A stretch of DNA of 64,000 bases from Octopus vulgaris (taxonomy: Eukaryota), in NCBI GenBank assembly GCA_951406725.2, contig OX597829.1, positions 25,854,001-25,918,000 on the forward strand. The letters run 5' to 3'. Of the stretch, positions 1-13,391 are shown piece by piece. The notes beneath the pieces are model-generated. The model was not told the origin of the DNA, did not search any database, and saw only the letters and a program-made list of their open reading frames with translations. Made by a program: the position numbers and the translations under genes. Position 1 is the stretch's first letter; each line of letters starts with the position of its first letter.

Positions 1-835
1 AACAGAAATTTCATTCTTCCCCGGAATTCCGGGAAATAAAATTGCCCAACATAGCCTGCAAACAGGCAACAGTCCACAATAACAATTTTGAACAATAAAT
101 TTTCAACAACAGCTTACAATAAATAACAGTTTCAAAAATAAAAAATGACAACTCACAGAGCGCGAAAAGAAAAAAAAATATGACCGAAGTCTTCAAGCGG
201 AAGCAAGCTTCTTACCACACAGCTGGTATCTTGGTAAGTACTCTAAGTTGGATAATGGCTAAAACATAATACAAACAACGGAATATAAAGTTAAGTGGTT
301 ATAGAATGAATACCGGAAGAAGACATTCTTAATTAAATAACATTTCTCTTTTAAGAAGAGAAAAAGAAAAGCACAAAAAAAAATCTGACGGAAAGTGTTA
401 GTAATTCTCAAGGGCAAGGAGAGGTAATTTCAAGAAATTAAAATTTCATTTCATAAAATTCAATTAACATGTTGAGACACAGCTATGTATGTGTGGTTAA
501 GGAGTTCGCTTTGCAATCGTGCATTTTTTGGTTCAGTCTCATTGTCCTCTACTATAGACCTAGATGAACCAAGTCTTGTGAGTGGATTTGGTAGACGGAA
601 ACTGAAAGAAGCCTGTCATATATATATATATATAATAGCACCAGGTGGTGCTATTAAGTTAGACATGGCCTGGGCCAATAATGGCCGAAACCTATCAAAG
701 TATCAAAGTATCAAAGTATATATATATATATATATATATATAGTTAATCCAAACATGAAAACACAAAGAGAAAACACAACAACGTGAGGATGTGGAACAA
801 GTATAGTATTATTGGATGCTCAGGAAAGAAGGAGG

Positions 836-870
836 GTTTAACGTTTCTAGCGGAGCTCTTCGTCAGAAAC
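836..870 (-). ncRNA. Minimal type I hammerhead ribozyme motif (partly decayed) in a TA-embedded short element (~741-926)
   Basis: Minus strand reads GTTT-CTGACGA-AGAGC TCC GCTA-GAAAC-GTT-AAAC: stem I GTTT/AAAC, CUGANGA and GAAA cores, palindromic ACGT stem III; one mismatch at the base of stem II. Confidence 0.65.
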
Positions 871-924
871 ATAGGAAAATGAAAGATCCAATGAAGAGAA
901 GACGGAGGAAAGAAATCGCCAACG

Positions 925-1005
<81 letters not shown>

Positions 1006-1573
1006 CGCGTGTATGTGTGTGTGTGTGTCCCACTACCGCTTGACCTGGTGTTGGTGTGCTTATGTCTCCATAACTTAGTGTTTCGGCAACAGAGGCCGAT
1101 AGAATAAGTACCAGGCTGAAAAAGAAAATAAGTTCTGGGGTCAACTCATTCGACTAAAAGTTCTTCAGGGTGGTGTCCCTGCATAGCCGCAGTCTAATGA
1201 TTGAAGCAAGTAAAAGATAAAAGATAAAACATCTCTAGCGTTAAACTAACACACCTGCTTGTTGTTTCTTCACCTGTCTTCGTCTTTTGTTTTCCATAAA
1301 TTTCAACTGTGTATATATGAGAACCCAATAAGGTTCGAAAATCAATTAAGGCTGCTTAATCTTTTCTTCAATCTGCGGAGAAATGGCTAAAATTTGCCAT
1401 ATGTTATATCTATATATGTAGGTTACAGGGGCATAAACACACCAGCATCGGTTGTCAAGCGATGTTGGGGGGACAAACACAGACATACACACAGATATAC
1501 ACATATACATACATACATACATACATACATACATACATACATACATGCATGCATGCATGCAGGCATGCATACA

Positions 1574-1606
<33 letters not shown>

Positions 1607-1900
1607 GTATATATAAACACCAGTATCGGTTGTCAACGATGGCGGTGGGGGGAAGGACAAACACATACAGACACATACACAGATGTATGTCTGTGTTTGT
1701 CCCCCACCACCATCACTTGACAACCGATGCTGGTGTGTTTTTGTCCCTGTAACCTAGCGGTTTGGCAAAAGAGACCAATAGAATAAGTAGTAGGCTTACA
1801 AAGAATAAATGTTGGGGGCGATTTCTTAGACTAACACCCCTTTAAGGTGGTGCTCCAGCATGGCTGTAGTCAAATGACTGAAACAAATAAAAGAATAAAA

Positions 1901-1960
<60 letters not shown>

Positions 1961-1964
<4 letters not shown>

Positions 1965-2225
1965 ATACTAAGCAATTAAGGGTTTAGCAACGAATTGCCT
2001 CACCACACACCGAATTTAGAAATAGCAGTCAAAGAGTTATAGCTTATAACTCTTTGACTGCTATTTCTAAATTCGGTGTGTGGTGAGGCAATTCGTTGCT
2101 AAACCCTTAATTGCTTAGTATTACTTAAATTTTCCTCGAATGAGGCTTTTACATTCCGAAATCTACTTGGTGTAATTAATAATTATTCCAAATTAATTAA
2201 TTTCACCCTTTATTGTTACTGAGAT
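1961..2225. mobile_element. (TA)n-embedded short element beginning with a perfect 81-bp fold-back (Penelope-like inverted end)
   Basis: 1961-2041 is the exact reverse complement of 2045-2125 (loop GCT); (TA)n arrays lie on both sides of the element. Confidence 0.7.
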
Positions 2226-2249
2226 ATATATATATATATATATATATAT

Positions 2250-3338
2250 TGCTGTACTTGGATCCCATTGGTGAAGAAGCTTTCGTCCGGTAGGCCAGTC
2301 ATCAACAGCAGATATGACGTCATCATCACTGCAATTTCCCAATTTGACCCCATCTATCGTCTGGTTCGCAGATGATAGATGGGGCCAAATTAGGAAAATA
2401 GGGTTGCCAATCAGCCAGTTGAAAGCCAGTCATGCACAGCAGCCATTGAAAGCAAGAACTTTTGTGCTAGAGCATTGTCCTGATAAAACAAGATCCTTTT
2501 GTGAGTTTTCCTGACCATTTGGTCTTGATAGCCTTTCATAAGTACCTCAGTCAGTTGGTATAATACTTTCCACTGATGGCAAGGCTCTTTTAAAGATAAC
2601 CAATAAACTCATTCCTTTTTTGCATCCCCCAAAACTGAAACCATCACATTCCGTGCAGATGAAACGGCTATGGTCACTGCATGGATTGTCTCTTTGTCTC
2701 TGGTTCAAAGTAATGAACCCAACATTCATCCTGGGTTAGGAAATGTTCAAGGAAACCAACTGGATTAGCCTCAAACAATGTTAGATTTTCCCGTGATGTG
2801 ATCAGCTTTGTGCACTTTTGATGAGGTGTCAGATGTGAGACACACTGAGCAGAAACATTCATCATGGCAAGTTCATTGCGCAGAATATTCTCAATTATCT
2901 CGGGTTATGCTAATGGCATTGATTATTTGATTTATAATCATCCCTCACCTTGGTGGTGGCAGTTGCTGGATGTCCAGACCCTGGGTCATCTTCAACACTC
3001 TCTTTTCCCCTCCTAAATTCAGCAGCCTACTTTTGCACTGCTGATAAAATTGGAGCATTATCCCCTAATGTAGCAATAGTGTCAATATGAATGTTCTTGG
3101 GAGCTAAACCATTTTTCTGCGGGTACTTCATAATGCCACGAAACCAAATCTTGTCCATTTTCAAAAGAAGTTACTAGTTACTTTTGAAGTCTTCTTTGAA
3201 CAGTCAGATGTCAGTTGATCTGGAAAGAAGCAATAAAGTTACGAATAAGAGGAGATGAAATTAATGCATGCTAGATTCCACGGCTCTAGCATCACTCCTT
3301 CATAGACAGCCTATGAACTTTCCAACCCTCCCTCGTAT
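2250..3338 (-). pseudogene. Decayed mariner transposon / transposase pseudogene
   Basis: TIR-like TA-CGAGGGAGGGTTGGAAAGTTC at ~3316-3338. Minus frames give MDKIWFRGIMKY (ATG 3158), AAEFRRGKESVEDDPGSGHP, FLTQDECWVHYFEPETKRQSMQ, QDNA, PYFPNLAPS and SDDDVISAVDDW..FFTNGI, with stops and frameshifts. Confidence 0.9.
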
Positions 3339-4926
3339 ATATGCATGTATATGTATGTGTGTCTTATATTTGTCTGCACACCGCCGCCTGACAACCAGTA
3401 TTGGTTTGCTTACGTTCACAAAACATAGCAATCCAGCAAAAGACAACCGATAGAATAAGTACGAGACTTTAAAAGTAGGTACTGTGTTCGATTTAAACGA
3501 CTAAAAGAACCCTTCAAGGTGGTGCCCCAACATGGGCGCTGTCTAACGACTGAATCATGTGAGAGAAGACGAGAGATGCTTAGTGGGAGGTAATTCTGTA
3601 ATTCTGACATTTGTTGTAGATAAAATGAAAGTGATGAATGTTTCGATATCATTGAAGCCCGTCAAGAAAATTGAGTTAAATGCGTGTCAACTTCAATTAG
3701 AAGGCTCCAAATACAGAGCGCTTTCGTGATGGCTGCTCAACCTGTAGAAATAGCAACAAAATTATTTCAAATCACACCTTGCCGTTTTAGAAAATGAAGA
3801 GTACATTGCATAATGTAATGCTGAATATACCAAATGGTAGGAAGCTCACGGCTGGAATGCCACTGGGTTTAGGGTTTCTCATTCTGAGCCGATCTACGAG
3901 GAAGCTGCAACAATAGCGTCCGACCTCTATGTAGTTGTTGAATCTACTATAAGTAGCACTTAAACTTGCTCTAAATTACAGTCCCCTATTTCGAAAACGG
4001 AAGAACATATTCGATAATGAAGCTATAGATATAGAATGTCCAACAGGAGGTCGGGATGATGACAGCTGAAACACTTTTGGTCATAGGTCTGTCCATTGAC
4101 GCTGACTATCAACTGCTGAATAACAACATATCACGCACTCTGTCATTTTACAGGGTTTTGCACACACACACACACACACACACTCCACGATTGCTTTCTT
4201 TTTCTTTCTCCCACTTTACCTCTTACTCATATATATCTCCACACATTCATTGATAAAACATTGTCACTCCATTTCCTCTCTTTCCTTTTCCCCTTTCTCT
4301 CGTTCATAAATATATTATACACGCTATGTCTCTATTACCCTGTCTTTTTTTTTTTAACTGACGTGTACGTGCATATGTAGATGTACGCACAGAAACACAT
4401 TGATTCTATCTCCCTTTCGCCCTGACATACATACACACACACACTCTCTCTCACACACGTACACGCGCGCGCAAAAACAACCCTCTCTTTAATTACACAT
4501 GGCTACATGTTCCCTACATTCAATCATTTGTTCATAGTTGATTTCTATATTTTACGTAAATGACCCGTAACCTTCATGTCTTACAGTGACGAAATTATTA
4601 AATTAGCATGGTCCGGACAACCCTCCCACCCCCACTGGACTATGTGAACGAGAGGAAGACCGTGAAAGAATTTCTGAATGGTGTAGGGCACAGTACCAGG
4701 TTGTAGTAAAATGAACTTTAAATGAACCTCAACACTTAATGGTTTTCAATATTGTGTTTTAATTTTTCAAAGATATGGTATGATGTTCTCTTTATTATAC
4801 TCATTTTTGTGATTATGGTTTATATAATTAAAGAAATATTTTATATCTCAAAGAATTGCTTATAAACTTCACATAAGAATAAAAATTATGATTCAAAAAT
4901 TGCCTGTTTTTTTTTTTTATTTTGTC

Positions 4927-5315
4927 CGGGAGTGGCTGTCTGGTAAGTAGCTTGCTAACCAACCACATGGTTCCGGGTTCAGTCCCACTGCATGGCATCT
5001 TGGGCAAGTGTCTTCTATAGCACCGGGCCGACCAATGCTTTGTGAGTGGATTTGGTAGACGGAAACTGAAAGAAGCCTGTCGTATATATGTATATATATA
5101 TATGTGTATGTGTGTGTGTTTGTCCCCCTAGCATTGCTTGACAACCGATGCCAGTGTGTTTACGTCCCCGTCACTTAGCGGTTCGGCAAAAGGGACCGAT
5201 AGAATAAGTACTGGGCTTACAAAGAATAAGTCCCGGGGTCGATTTGCTCGACTAAAGGCGGTGCTCCAGCATGGCCGCAGTCAAATGACTGAAACAAGTA
5301 AAAGAGTAAAAGAGT
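4927..5315 (+). mobile_element. tRNA-derived SINE family A (octopus-type, internal microsatellite), near full length
   Basis: A box TGGCTGTCTGG, B box GGTTCAGTCCC, CORE-like CTTGGGCAAGT, internal TA/TG tract, 3' GTAAAAGA repeats; more than a dozen homologous pieces in the window. Confidence 0.9.
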
Positions 5316-5532
5316 AAGAGTAAGGGGGTTCGTTAACAGGATTTTTTTTTTTTTTTGCGCTACAGTCTAAATTCGCAGTAGAAGGGTATGAATCGTAGAC
5401 TCATCTCTTTAGATGATAAAAAAAATATATCAATGTAATCGACTTTCGTCAAGTTTGAACTCAAGAGGTAGAATGATGAAAACTATACCAGTTCAGATAC
5501 TCAATGACTATATTATCAATATATCAATAATA

Positions 5533-5735
5533 AGGCGGCGAACTGGCATGCCGGGCAAAATGTTTAGCGGTATTTCGTTCGCCGCTGCGTTCTTGGTTCA
5601 AATTCCGCCGAGGTCGACTTTGCCTTTCATCCTTTCGGGGTCGATTAAATAAGTACCAGTTACGCACTGGGGTCGATGTAATCGACTTAATCCGTTTGTC
5701 TGTCCCTGTTTGTCATCTCTGTGTTTAGCCCTTAT
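5533..5735 (+). mobile_element. SINE family B (Nin/Deu-like central domain)
   Basis: AGGCGGCGAACTGGCA...GGTTCAAATTCCGCCGAGGTCGACTTTGCCTTTCATCCTTTCGGGGTCGATTAAATAAGTACCAG; multiple copies in the window. Confidence 0.85.
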
Positions 5736-6037
5736 TTCTTCCGGCTTTACATTCTGTGTTCAAATTCCGCGAAGATCGACCTTACTTTTCATCCTTATGG
5801 GGTTGATAAAAAAGTACCAGTCAATCACCAAGGTCGATGCAATTGACTTTCCCCCTACCCCCAAATTTCAGGCATCGTTGTGCCTACATTTGAACGATAT
5901 ATATATATATTGTTTCAGTCATTTGACCGCGGCCATGCTGGAGCACCGCCTTTAGTCAAACAAATCGACCCCAAGACTTATTCAAGCGATGGTCAGGGGA
6001 CAAACACAGAGACACACAAACATATATATCTATATCT

Positions 6038-6068
<31 letters not shown>

Positions 6069-6082
6069 TATACACACACACT

Positions 6083-6813
6083 TGTCGCACAGTGGTAATG
6101 AACCCTAAAAACACAAAAACACACGTGACACAAGTGAATAAAAGATCCTTATTTTTTGATGACACACACAAAAGTCCCAATATTCTTCTAACAACAATAT
6201 ACAATGGTAACCAAGAAAAAACTATCTTGGGACAAAGGTGGATTTGAATATTTTTACACTAACGTATACATCACCCCTGGAATGGGATCTGGGGCGAGTT
6301 GTCTCGCCTGTCTATCGCTTAAGGGTGTTTTAACACCTAACGCAATAAAGGAGCCGTCATGCAGGCACTTAACGGCGCAACTGGCGAATAAGCAAAACAC
6401 ATACATTGAGTATGTGCGATCGATAATGGATACAACACTAGCGCTGCTTTTGATTCGTTACTGAATTAATCTTACGTATGCATCGCCGTTGTATACCAGT
6501 AAACAGTTTTTACACTATATGTATAGTCATAGACTGGCGATTCAGTTCGTGTCCAGTCTAATTCAGGTACGTGGTGTTAAAAAGCCAGAAAAATGGTGAA
6601 ACATCGGTAGCCATCGCTACTGAATGGGATCTGGGGCGGTTGTCTCGCCTGTCTATTACGTTCAGATGTTTTGATACCCAGGGCAATGAGGGAGTCGTCC
6701 TCAAGGTACTATACCACAGCAAACCGGTGTAAAAACAAGACACATACATTGAGTATGTATGGTCGACAACGTTTACAACACTAGCGCTGCTTATAATACG
6801 TCACTGTTATACA
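6083..6813 (-). mobile_element. Solo-LTR-like element with internal diverged tandem duplication
   Basis: TGT...ACA ends with imperfect inverted termini (TGTcgcACAGTG / TGTataACAGTG); direct repeats 6280-6449 vs 6623-6791; sits in a (CA)n tract; no clean TSD. Confidence 0.5.
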
Positions 6814-7614
6814 CACACACATACACACACACACACACACATGCACACAACACATACACACAATTTGTGAAGGCACACGGCCTAGTGCTTAGGGTGTTCA
6901 CTAAGACAAGATCCGATGGGTTGGCGTCCCGTTTACAACGATGGTGTGATAACGGTCACGTATACACCATAGACCCGCCCACCTAGTCAGCGGGGAGGCA
7001 TTACCTGAAAGCTACAGCAGTACAAAGATACGCATTGTGACCAGCTGTGCATAATAACATCCAACAATCCGGTCGTTACAGTGATAAATAATTATATTTC
7101 TATATGCATATATATACTACAGCAGGCTCCAATATTGTAAAGTGAGCTGTAACATACTGAGTGAAGCGAATCGAGTCATTAATGTTAATTAAAATTATAT
7201 TTTTTGTTTGTTTTAGCCATCATGGTCAAGAACATGGCAAGGAGAGCAATTTAGTACTTTAATGATGAATTATGATAAGGCAAAACAAATCAATAAAACT
7301 TAATGGGGGAGTGGGTGTAATTGTTTGCAATAACGACTCTATTTCGGTCTTATGATGCCTCATCAGTAAAGCATAATCTGTGACTGACAAAATGTAAGAA
7401 CGACTGAAGAAGTATTGCAGATAAAATCTAAGCAGCGTTATATCTTTAATAGAGGATAGGGAAGGGAATATACACTGTGAGTAATCTGTGTAAAAGTTTA
7501 AATGAGCTCTTATGTAATTAATTTGTAAAGATGATACTTTTAATTAACTAAACTTACATAATAATTGACGATGGCAAAATCATTGTTGTGATGAATAATC
7601 ATAGTTTAAAATAG

Positions 7615-8015
7615 TGTTGTATTTCGGGATGGTAATTTTTTCTTCGAAATAAACACACACACACACTATATATATATTCATTCTTCATTCGTTTATAACT
7701 GTTCATGTTTTAACTTATGTCCATTGTGCGGAAATCTTTCGTCACACATCTGTGACCTCTTCAGCGTCATTGTGTGTGCTCCTGCTCCGCTCAGTCCATT
7801 TTGTTCTATCTGTTCTATAGAAGAACAGAATGGATTAAGCGGAGCAGGAGCACACACAAGGACGGAAAGTGTCGCTGAAGAGGTCACAGATGTGAGACGA
7901 AAGATTTTCGAACAATGGACATAAGTTAAAATAAGAACAGTAATAAGCGAAGGAAGAACGAATATACAGTGCGTGTGTTTATTTGGAAAAAAAATGATCA
8001 TCTCGAAATACAACA
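7615..8015. mobile_element. ~400-bp fold-back element with ~190-bp imperfect inverted arms
   Basis: TGTTGTATTTCGGGATGG...CCATTTTGTTCT mirrored by AGAACAGAATGG...TCTCGAAATACAACA; centre near 7815. Confidence 0.8.
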
Positions 8016-8709
8016 ATATCTGTTTCAACATATGGTTTCACATTACGAACCTTGCGACACAAATTTATATAGTTAAAAGAAAGTCAACGGAAACAGCTCT
8101 TGGATTTTGTTTTGGTTAATAAAAAAAAAGACATTAAAACCTGCAAGATTTTGATATTAATCACAGACTTCCACAGCAGTGATACTGACAAGAATGAAGT
8201 TACTTAAGTTCAATATAGATAGCAAAATTAAATAGATCAACCAAGAGCTGAAATATGATGAGAAAAAAAACTCTTACAATAGAAGTAAACTTCCGAAAAA
8301 TATTTACAATTTGATTCCTCCGGCAAGGGCAAACGTAAAAGTCCTGACATAAGTATTTAGGACAGAGAAAGAAAAACCATAGAGGTTAACCGTACTTTAG
8401 ACATGAATATGTCTTCCGGAATAGCTATGGACAACAGCTTCGAAACCTGAAATTTCCCTACCGTGATTATAAATTTACATTCACAGCAATAACAGTTGGT
8501 GGACTTGATTATTGTATTAAATGTTTAAGTCAGTCTGGAGAAGGTAGGATTTTCAGGCAAAGAAAGATGCCGTCAACGCGAACTTTACACACATAGTCTG
8601 TAAGTGGAACAGTAAAAGTTTGGATGTCTTTCTTATATATTCAAGGATATTTTGGATGAAAACTAAAAAATAAATATACATACAAGTAAGTATGTATATA
8701 CGTACATAT

Positions 8710-9101
8710 GTTTTACTTGTTTCAGTCATTTGATTGCGGCTATGCTGGAGCACCGCCTTTAGTTGAGCAAATCGACCCCAGAACATATTCTTTGTAAGCG
8801 TAGTACTTATTCTATCAGTCTCTTTGCCGAACAGCTAAGTTACAGGGACGTAAACACACCAACATCGGTTGTCAAGCGATGTTGGGAGGAAAAACACAGA
8901 CACAAACATATACACACACATATATACATACATATATATGACGGGCTTCTTTCAGTTTCCGTCTACCAAATCCACTCACAAGGCTTTGGTCGGCTCCGAG
9001 GCTATAGTAGAAGACACTTGCCCAAGGTGCCACGCGGTGGGACTGAACCCGGAACCATGGGTTGGTAAGCAAGCTACTTACCACACAGCTACTCCTGTGC
9101 C
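8710..9101 (-). mobile_element. SINE family A, full length
   Basis: Reverse complement matches the 4927-5315 copy, including A/B boxes and tail. Confidence 0.9.
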
Positions 9102-9274
9102 TATATGTATATATTTATATAAAACATAAGTAGAGGATAAAATCTTTAAAATCAATGAATTTTATCAGTGGCTAGCATATAAAAACCTCTTAGATAAAAT
9201 ACATATATAGAGATATATTTATTTTATAGGGTACAAATATAAATAAGGGCACAAAAGCTATTACGCCTGTATGC

Positions 9275-9332
9275 TGAAAGAACACGCTGAATACATCCTA
9301 CCACCCACAAATACTTACACAAATACACATAA

Positions 9333-9389
<57 letters not shown>

Positions 9390-9477
9390 CATATATATGT
9401 ATACACACATCCACCCATATATATATATATATATATGAATACATATATACAGATACATACACATATATAATACTATA

Positions 9478-9526
<49 letters not shown>

Positions 9527-9630
9527 GTACACATACACACATATATACATACATACATACATACACACACACATACATACATACATACATACATACATAC
9601 ATACATACATACATACATACATACATACAT
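9275..9630. repeat. Compound (TA)n/(TACA)n microsatellite
   Basis: Direct inspection. Confidence 0.9.
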
Positions 9631-9799
9631 AAGTATATTAACCGCATGAAGTCATTTAAGGTTTTTGGGTTCGTGCTGAACCGAGAGCAGAGTGAAATGG
9701 CGTGGGATAATAGAGGTAACAATGGCTGAAATAGGTCTACATTCCTCTCACCCATTTGAAGTGAGACTAAGGGGATGGTCTGTTAGTGTCAGTTCGAGG

Positions 9800-9813
9800 G
9801 TGATGATGACTAC

Positions 9814-9852
<39 letters not shown>

Positions 9853-9915
9853 AGTGGCAGTGGTCGAAGTTTTATGATGATGTTTGTGATGCTGATAGCG
9901 CTTGTTGCGGCAGAC

Positions 9916-9947
<32 letters not shown>

Positions 9948-10299
9948 GGTGGTGGTGGTGGTGGTGGTAGTAGTAGTAGTGGCAGTAGTAATGCTTGTTG
10001 GTGGTGTTGTGGTGGTGGTCGTGCACTTGCGGCTGTAGTAGTAATAATGATGGTTGTGGATAATGATATTGGTGGTGGTGTTGCTGTTGTTGGTGGCAAT
10101 GGTGATGGTATGATGATGATGATGATGATGATGTGGTAGTGGTGGTGGTGGTGGTGGTGGTAGTTATGAATGATGTGTATGATGATGCTGATGGTGAGTA
10201 TGATGATGATGATGATGATGACGTGTATGATGATGATGAGTATGATGGTAATGATGATAATGATGTGGTGCTAGTGGAGGTCGTGTGGTGATGATGTGT

Positions 10300-10331
<32 letters not shown>

Positions 10332-10348
10332 GGTGATGGTGGTGGTTG

Positions 10349-10380
<32 letters not shown>

Positions 10381-10585
10381 TGATGTGGTGGCGGTGGCAG
10401 TGATGATGTGTATGATGATGATGAAGGTGATGGTGGTGGTTGTGGTGGTGGTGGTTGCGATGATGATGATGATGATGATGATGTGGTAGTGGTGGTAGTG
10501 GTGGTAGTGGTGGCGGTGGCAGTGATGATGTGTATGATGATGATGATGATGAAGGTGATGGTGGTGGTTGTGGTGGTGGTGGTGG

Positions 10586-10617
<32 letters not shown>

Positions 10618-10790
10618 TGGTGTGGTGTGGTGGTGGTGGTGGTTGTGATGATGATGATGTGGTAGTGGTGGTAGTGGTGGCGGTGGCAGTGATGATGTGT
10701 ATGATGATGATAATGGTGGTGATGGTGATGGTAGTGGTGTCGCTGTTGGTGATATTGATTATGATTATAATGATGTCGGGGATGATTATG
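9800..10790. repeat. ~1-kb compound trinucleotide tract (GAT/GGT/AGT)
   Basis: Direct inspection; includes a higher-order repeated block GGCGGTGGCAGTGATGATGTGTATGATG. Confidence 0.95.
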
Positions 10791-10909
10791 CTTTTCTCCG
10801 TTTCCTTCTGCAATCAACACCCTCGCATCTCCTCCGCCATCCCTCCTCCTCCTTCTCCTCCTATTTACAACTTTAACCTCCCTTTTAACGCCCCCGCCAC
10901 CTTTGAAAA

Positions 10910-10943
<34 letters not shown>

Positions 10944-12594
10944 GGACAGTTGATATTTGCAGCTCATTTTCCTTCTATCTTTCTTTTCTTTTTTTCTTTC
11001 CCTTATTTATTTATTTATTTATTTATTTATTTTTGTCTTTTGGTTCAAGAGTTCAAATTGGTGACCTTGCTACTTCATCTCGCAGTTCCGTTGTCATGGT
11101 GACCGCATGTTTTTAAGCTAATCTGCTACCGAAAAGGAAAGGACTTAATGTCCGCATCTGACCACTCCGCCATGCAACGACGCACCAAGCACACGCACAC
11201 ATATATACACAATACACATACACATACAAACTAACACACATGTCAAAAACCCCCACAGACATACTATTTATGATACATACATACTCACACACACACATAA
11301 ACACACACACATACAGAGAGGCATACACACTCGCGTATTCATAACCAACATACATACATAAAACACATACACAATACACACACACACATACACAACATAC
11401 AAACATACATGCAATACATAGACAACACATACACACACGCCGTATCTTATACTTCTAATTTCTCGACATGCTAGATATAACAGTCATTACTCTTGAAATT
11501 ACATTCTGTATACTGCTGTCTTTAAAATAAGGATTAGTTAATGTGTCCCTAATTACACTGTAACTTCTTTTACTTGCTTCAGTCTTTGGACTGCGGCCAT
11601 GCTGGTGCAACACCCCTCGAGGGGTTTATTCGGATAAATCGACTCCAGTGCTTATATATATATATATATTTTTAAATATGGTAATTATGTTTATCGGTTT
11701 CTGTTTTTTGTCAAACCGCTAAGCTATTGGGACGTAAATAAACCAACACCGGTTGTCAAGCGGTAATAGGCAAATACACACAGACACACACACATATATA
11801 AAACCGACAGGCTTCTTTCAGTTTCTATTTTTGTTGAACCGCTAAGCTATTAGGACGTAAATAAACCAACAACGGTTGTCAAGCGGTAATTGGAAAACAC
11901 CCACACATACACACACACGTGCACACACACACGTGCACACACACACACAAAACCGACGGGCTTCTTTCAGTTTCCGTTTGCCAAATCCACTCCCTACTCA
12001 CAAGGCGTGATAACACGGAGCAGGACAGAACACGCAACTATATAGTTGAGAAACAATCTTCTTCATGAAAGAAAAATGATGGGTGGTCATTTTTAGAACT
12101 CTATCAAATATAGATCTGATCTGAGTTGACTTGTGGGTATATAACTATATCTTAAGCCAGGATGGACACATTATATAACTCATTCCTAAATATACTCTGC
12201 ATAAATGGTGGGACGCTTATAGCTGGAACGTTTTTGATCAGAATTGATTTGTGAATGAAAAACGCCAACAGTAATTTTGTGAACCGCAATATTCAAAAAA
12301 AAAAAAAAATTCAATTTACAAGTGATAGATGTGTTAAGAGAGATGGGTTGCCTTTAATTATTTCCCTTTAGTTATAGCTGTCTATCGATCTTCTCTCAAG
12401 TATTGTCATTATTTATATATTTTAGTTTGTATCGCTATCAATACTCTGCCGTTGGTTGTGCCAGATTTTCGACCGGCCAATCACGGTTCATTGTATTTCC
12501 GGTAGTAAGCAAGACAACCATAGATGTATGGTTAAGTACTTCCCTTCTCAACCACATGGTTCCGGGTTCATTCCCACTGTGAGACAAGTGTCTT

Positions 12595-13000
12595 CGAGCG
12601 GCTGTGTGGTAAGTAGCTTGATTACCAACCACATGGTTCCGGGTTCAGTCCCACTGCGTGGCACCTTGGGCAAGTATCTTCTACTATAGCCTCGGTCCGA
12701 CCAAAGCCTTGTGAGTGGATTTGGTAGACGGAAACTGAAAGAAGCCCGTCGTATATATACATATACATACATGTGTATGTATATGTTTGTGTGTCTGTGT
12801 TTGTTCCCCCAAATCGCTTGACAACCGATGCTGGTGTGTTTACGTCCCCGTAACTTAGCAGTTCGGCAAAAGAAGCCGATAGAATAAGTACTAGGTTTAC
12901 AAAGAATAAATCCTGGGGTTGATTTGCTCGACTAAAGGCGGTGCTCCAGCATGGCCGCGGTAAAATGACGGAAACAAGTAAAAGAGTAAAAGACTAAGAG
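12595..13000 (+). mobile_element. SINE family A, full length, preceded by a second partial head (~12525-12594)
   Basis: Homology to 4927-5315. Confidence 0.9.
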
Positions 13001-13019
13001 AGTATATATATATATATAT

Positions 13020-13298
13020 GAAATATAAAAATGGAACTGGAACGCAAAACACCAAGACAGTTAGGTGATACAAAAAAGTGACAACAAAAAATACAGACAG
13101 ACGATACAATGAAAACAAGGACGAGTCATTCGGAATTTTCTTTCCTCAGTTGAGTTCCAGATTATCTTTGCAATTTCGGCTGGTTATACTCAAGATTGCT
13201 CCAATCTAGCCAGCCCTGAGGGAAAACTAAGCTAAGAGCACTAGATTCCTTGGAAGAAAGCAGCGAGTGTACACGAAAACAAGGATAGAAAAAAACGG

Positions 13299-13300
<2 letters not shown>
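13020..13300. mobile_element. ~280-bp TA-embedded repeat; homologues at ~31665-31965 (opposite orientation) and ~49225-49380 (partial)
   Basis: Shared TTCTTCCAAGGAATCTA-TGCTCTTAGCTTAG...GGCTGG...CAGCCGAAATTGC segment between the 13.2-kb and 31.7-kb copies; microsatellite flanks. Confidence 0.75.

Positions 13301-13391
<91 letters not shown>

Noticed and set aside
10164-11102. His/Asp/Ser-rich ORFs
   Set aside because: Trinucleotide repeat tract with no domain content.
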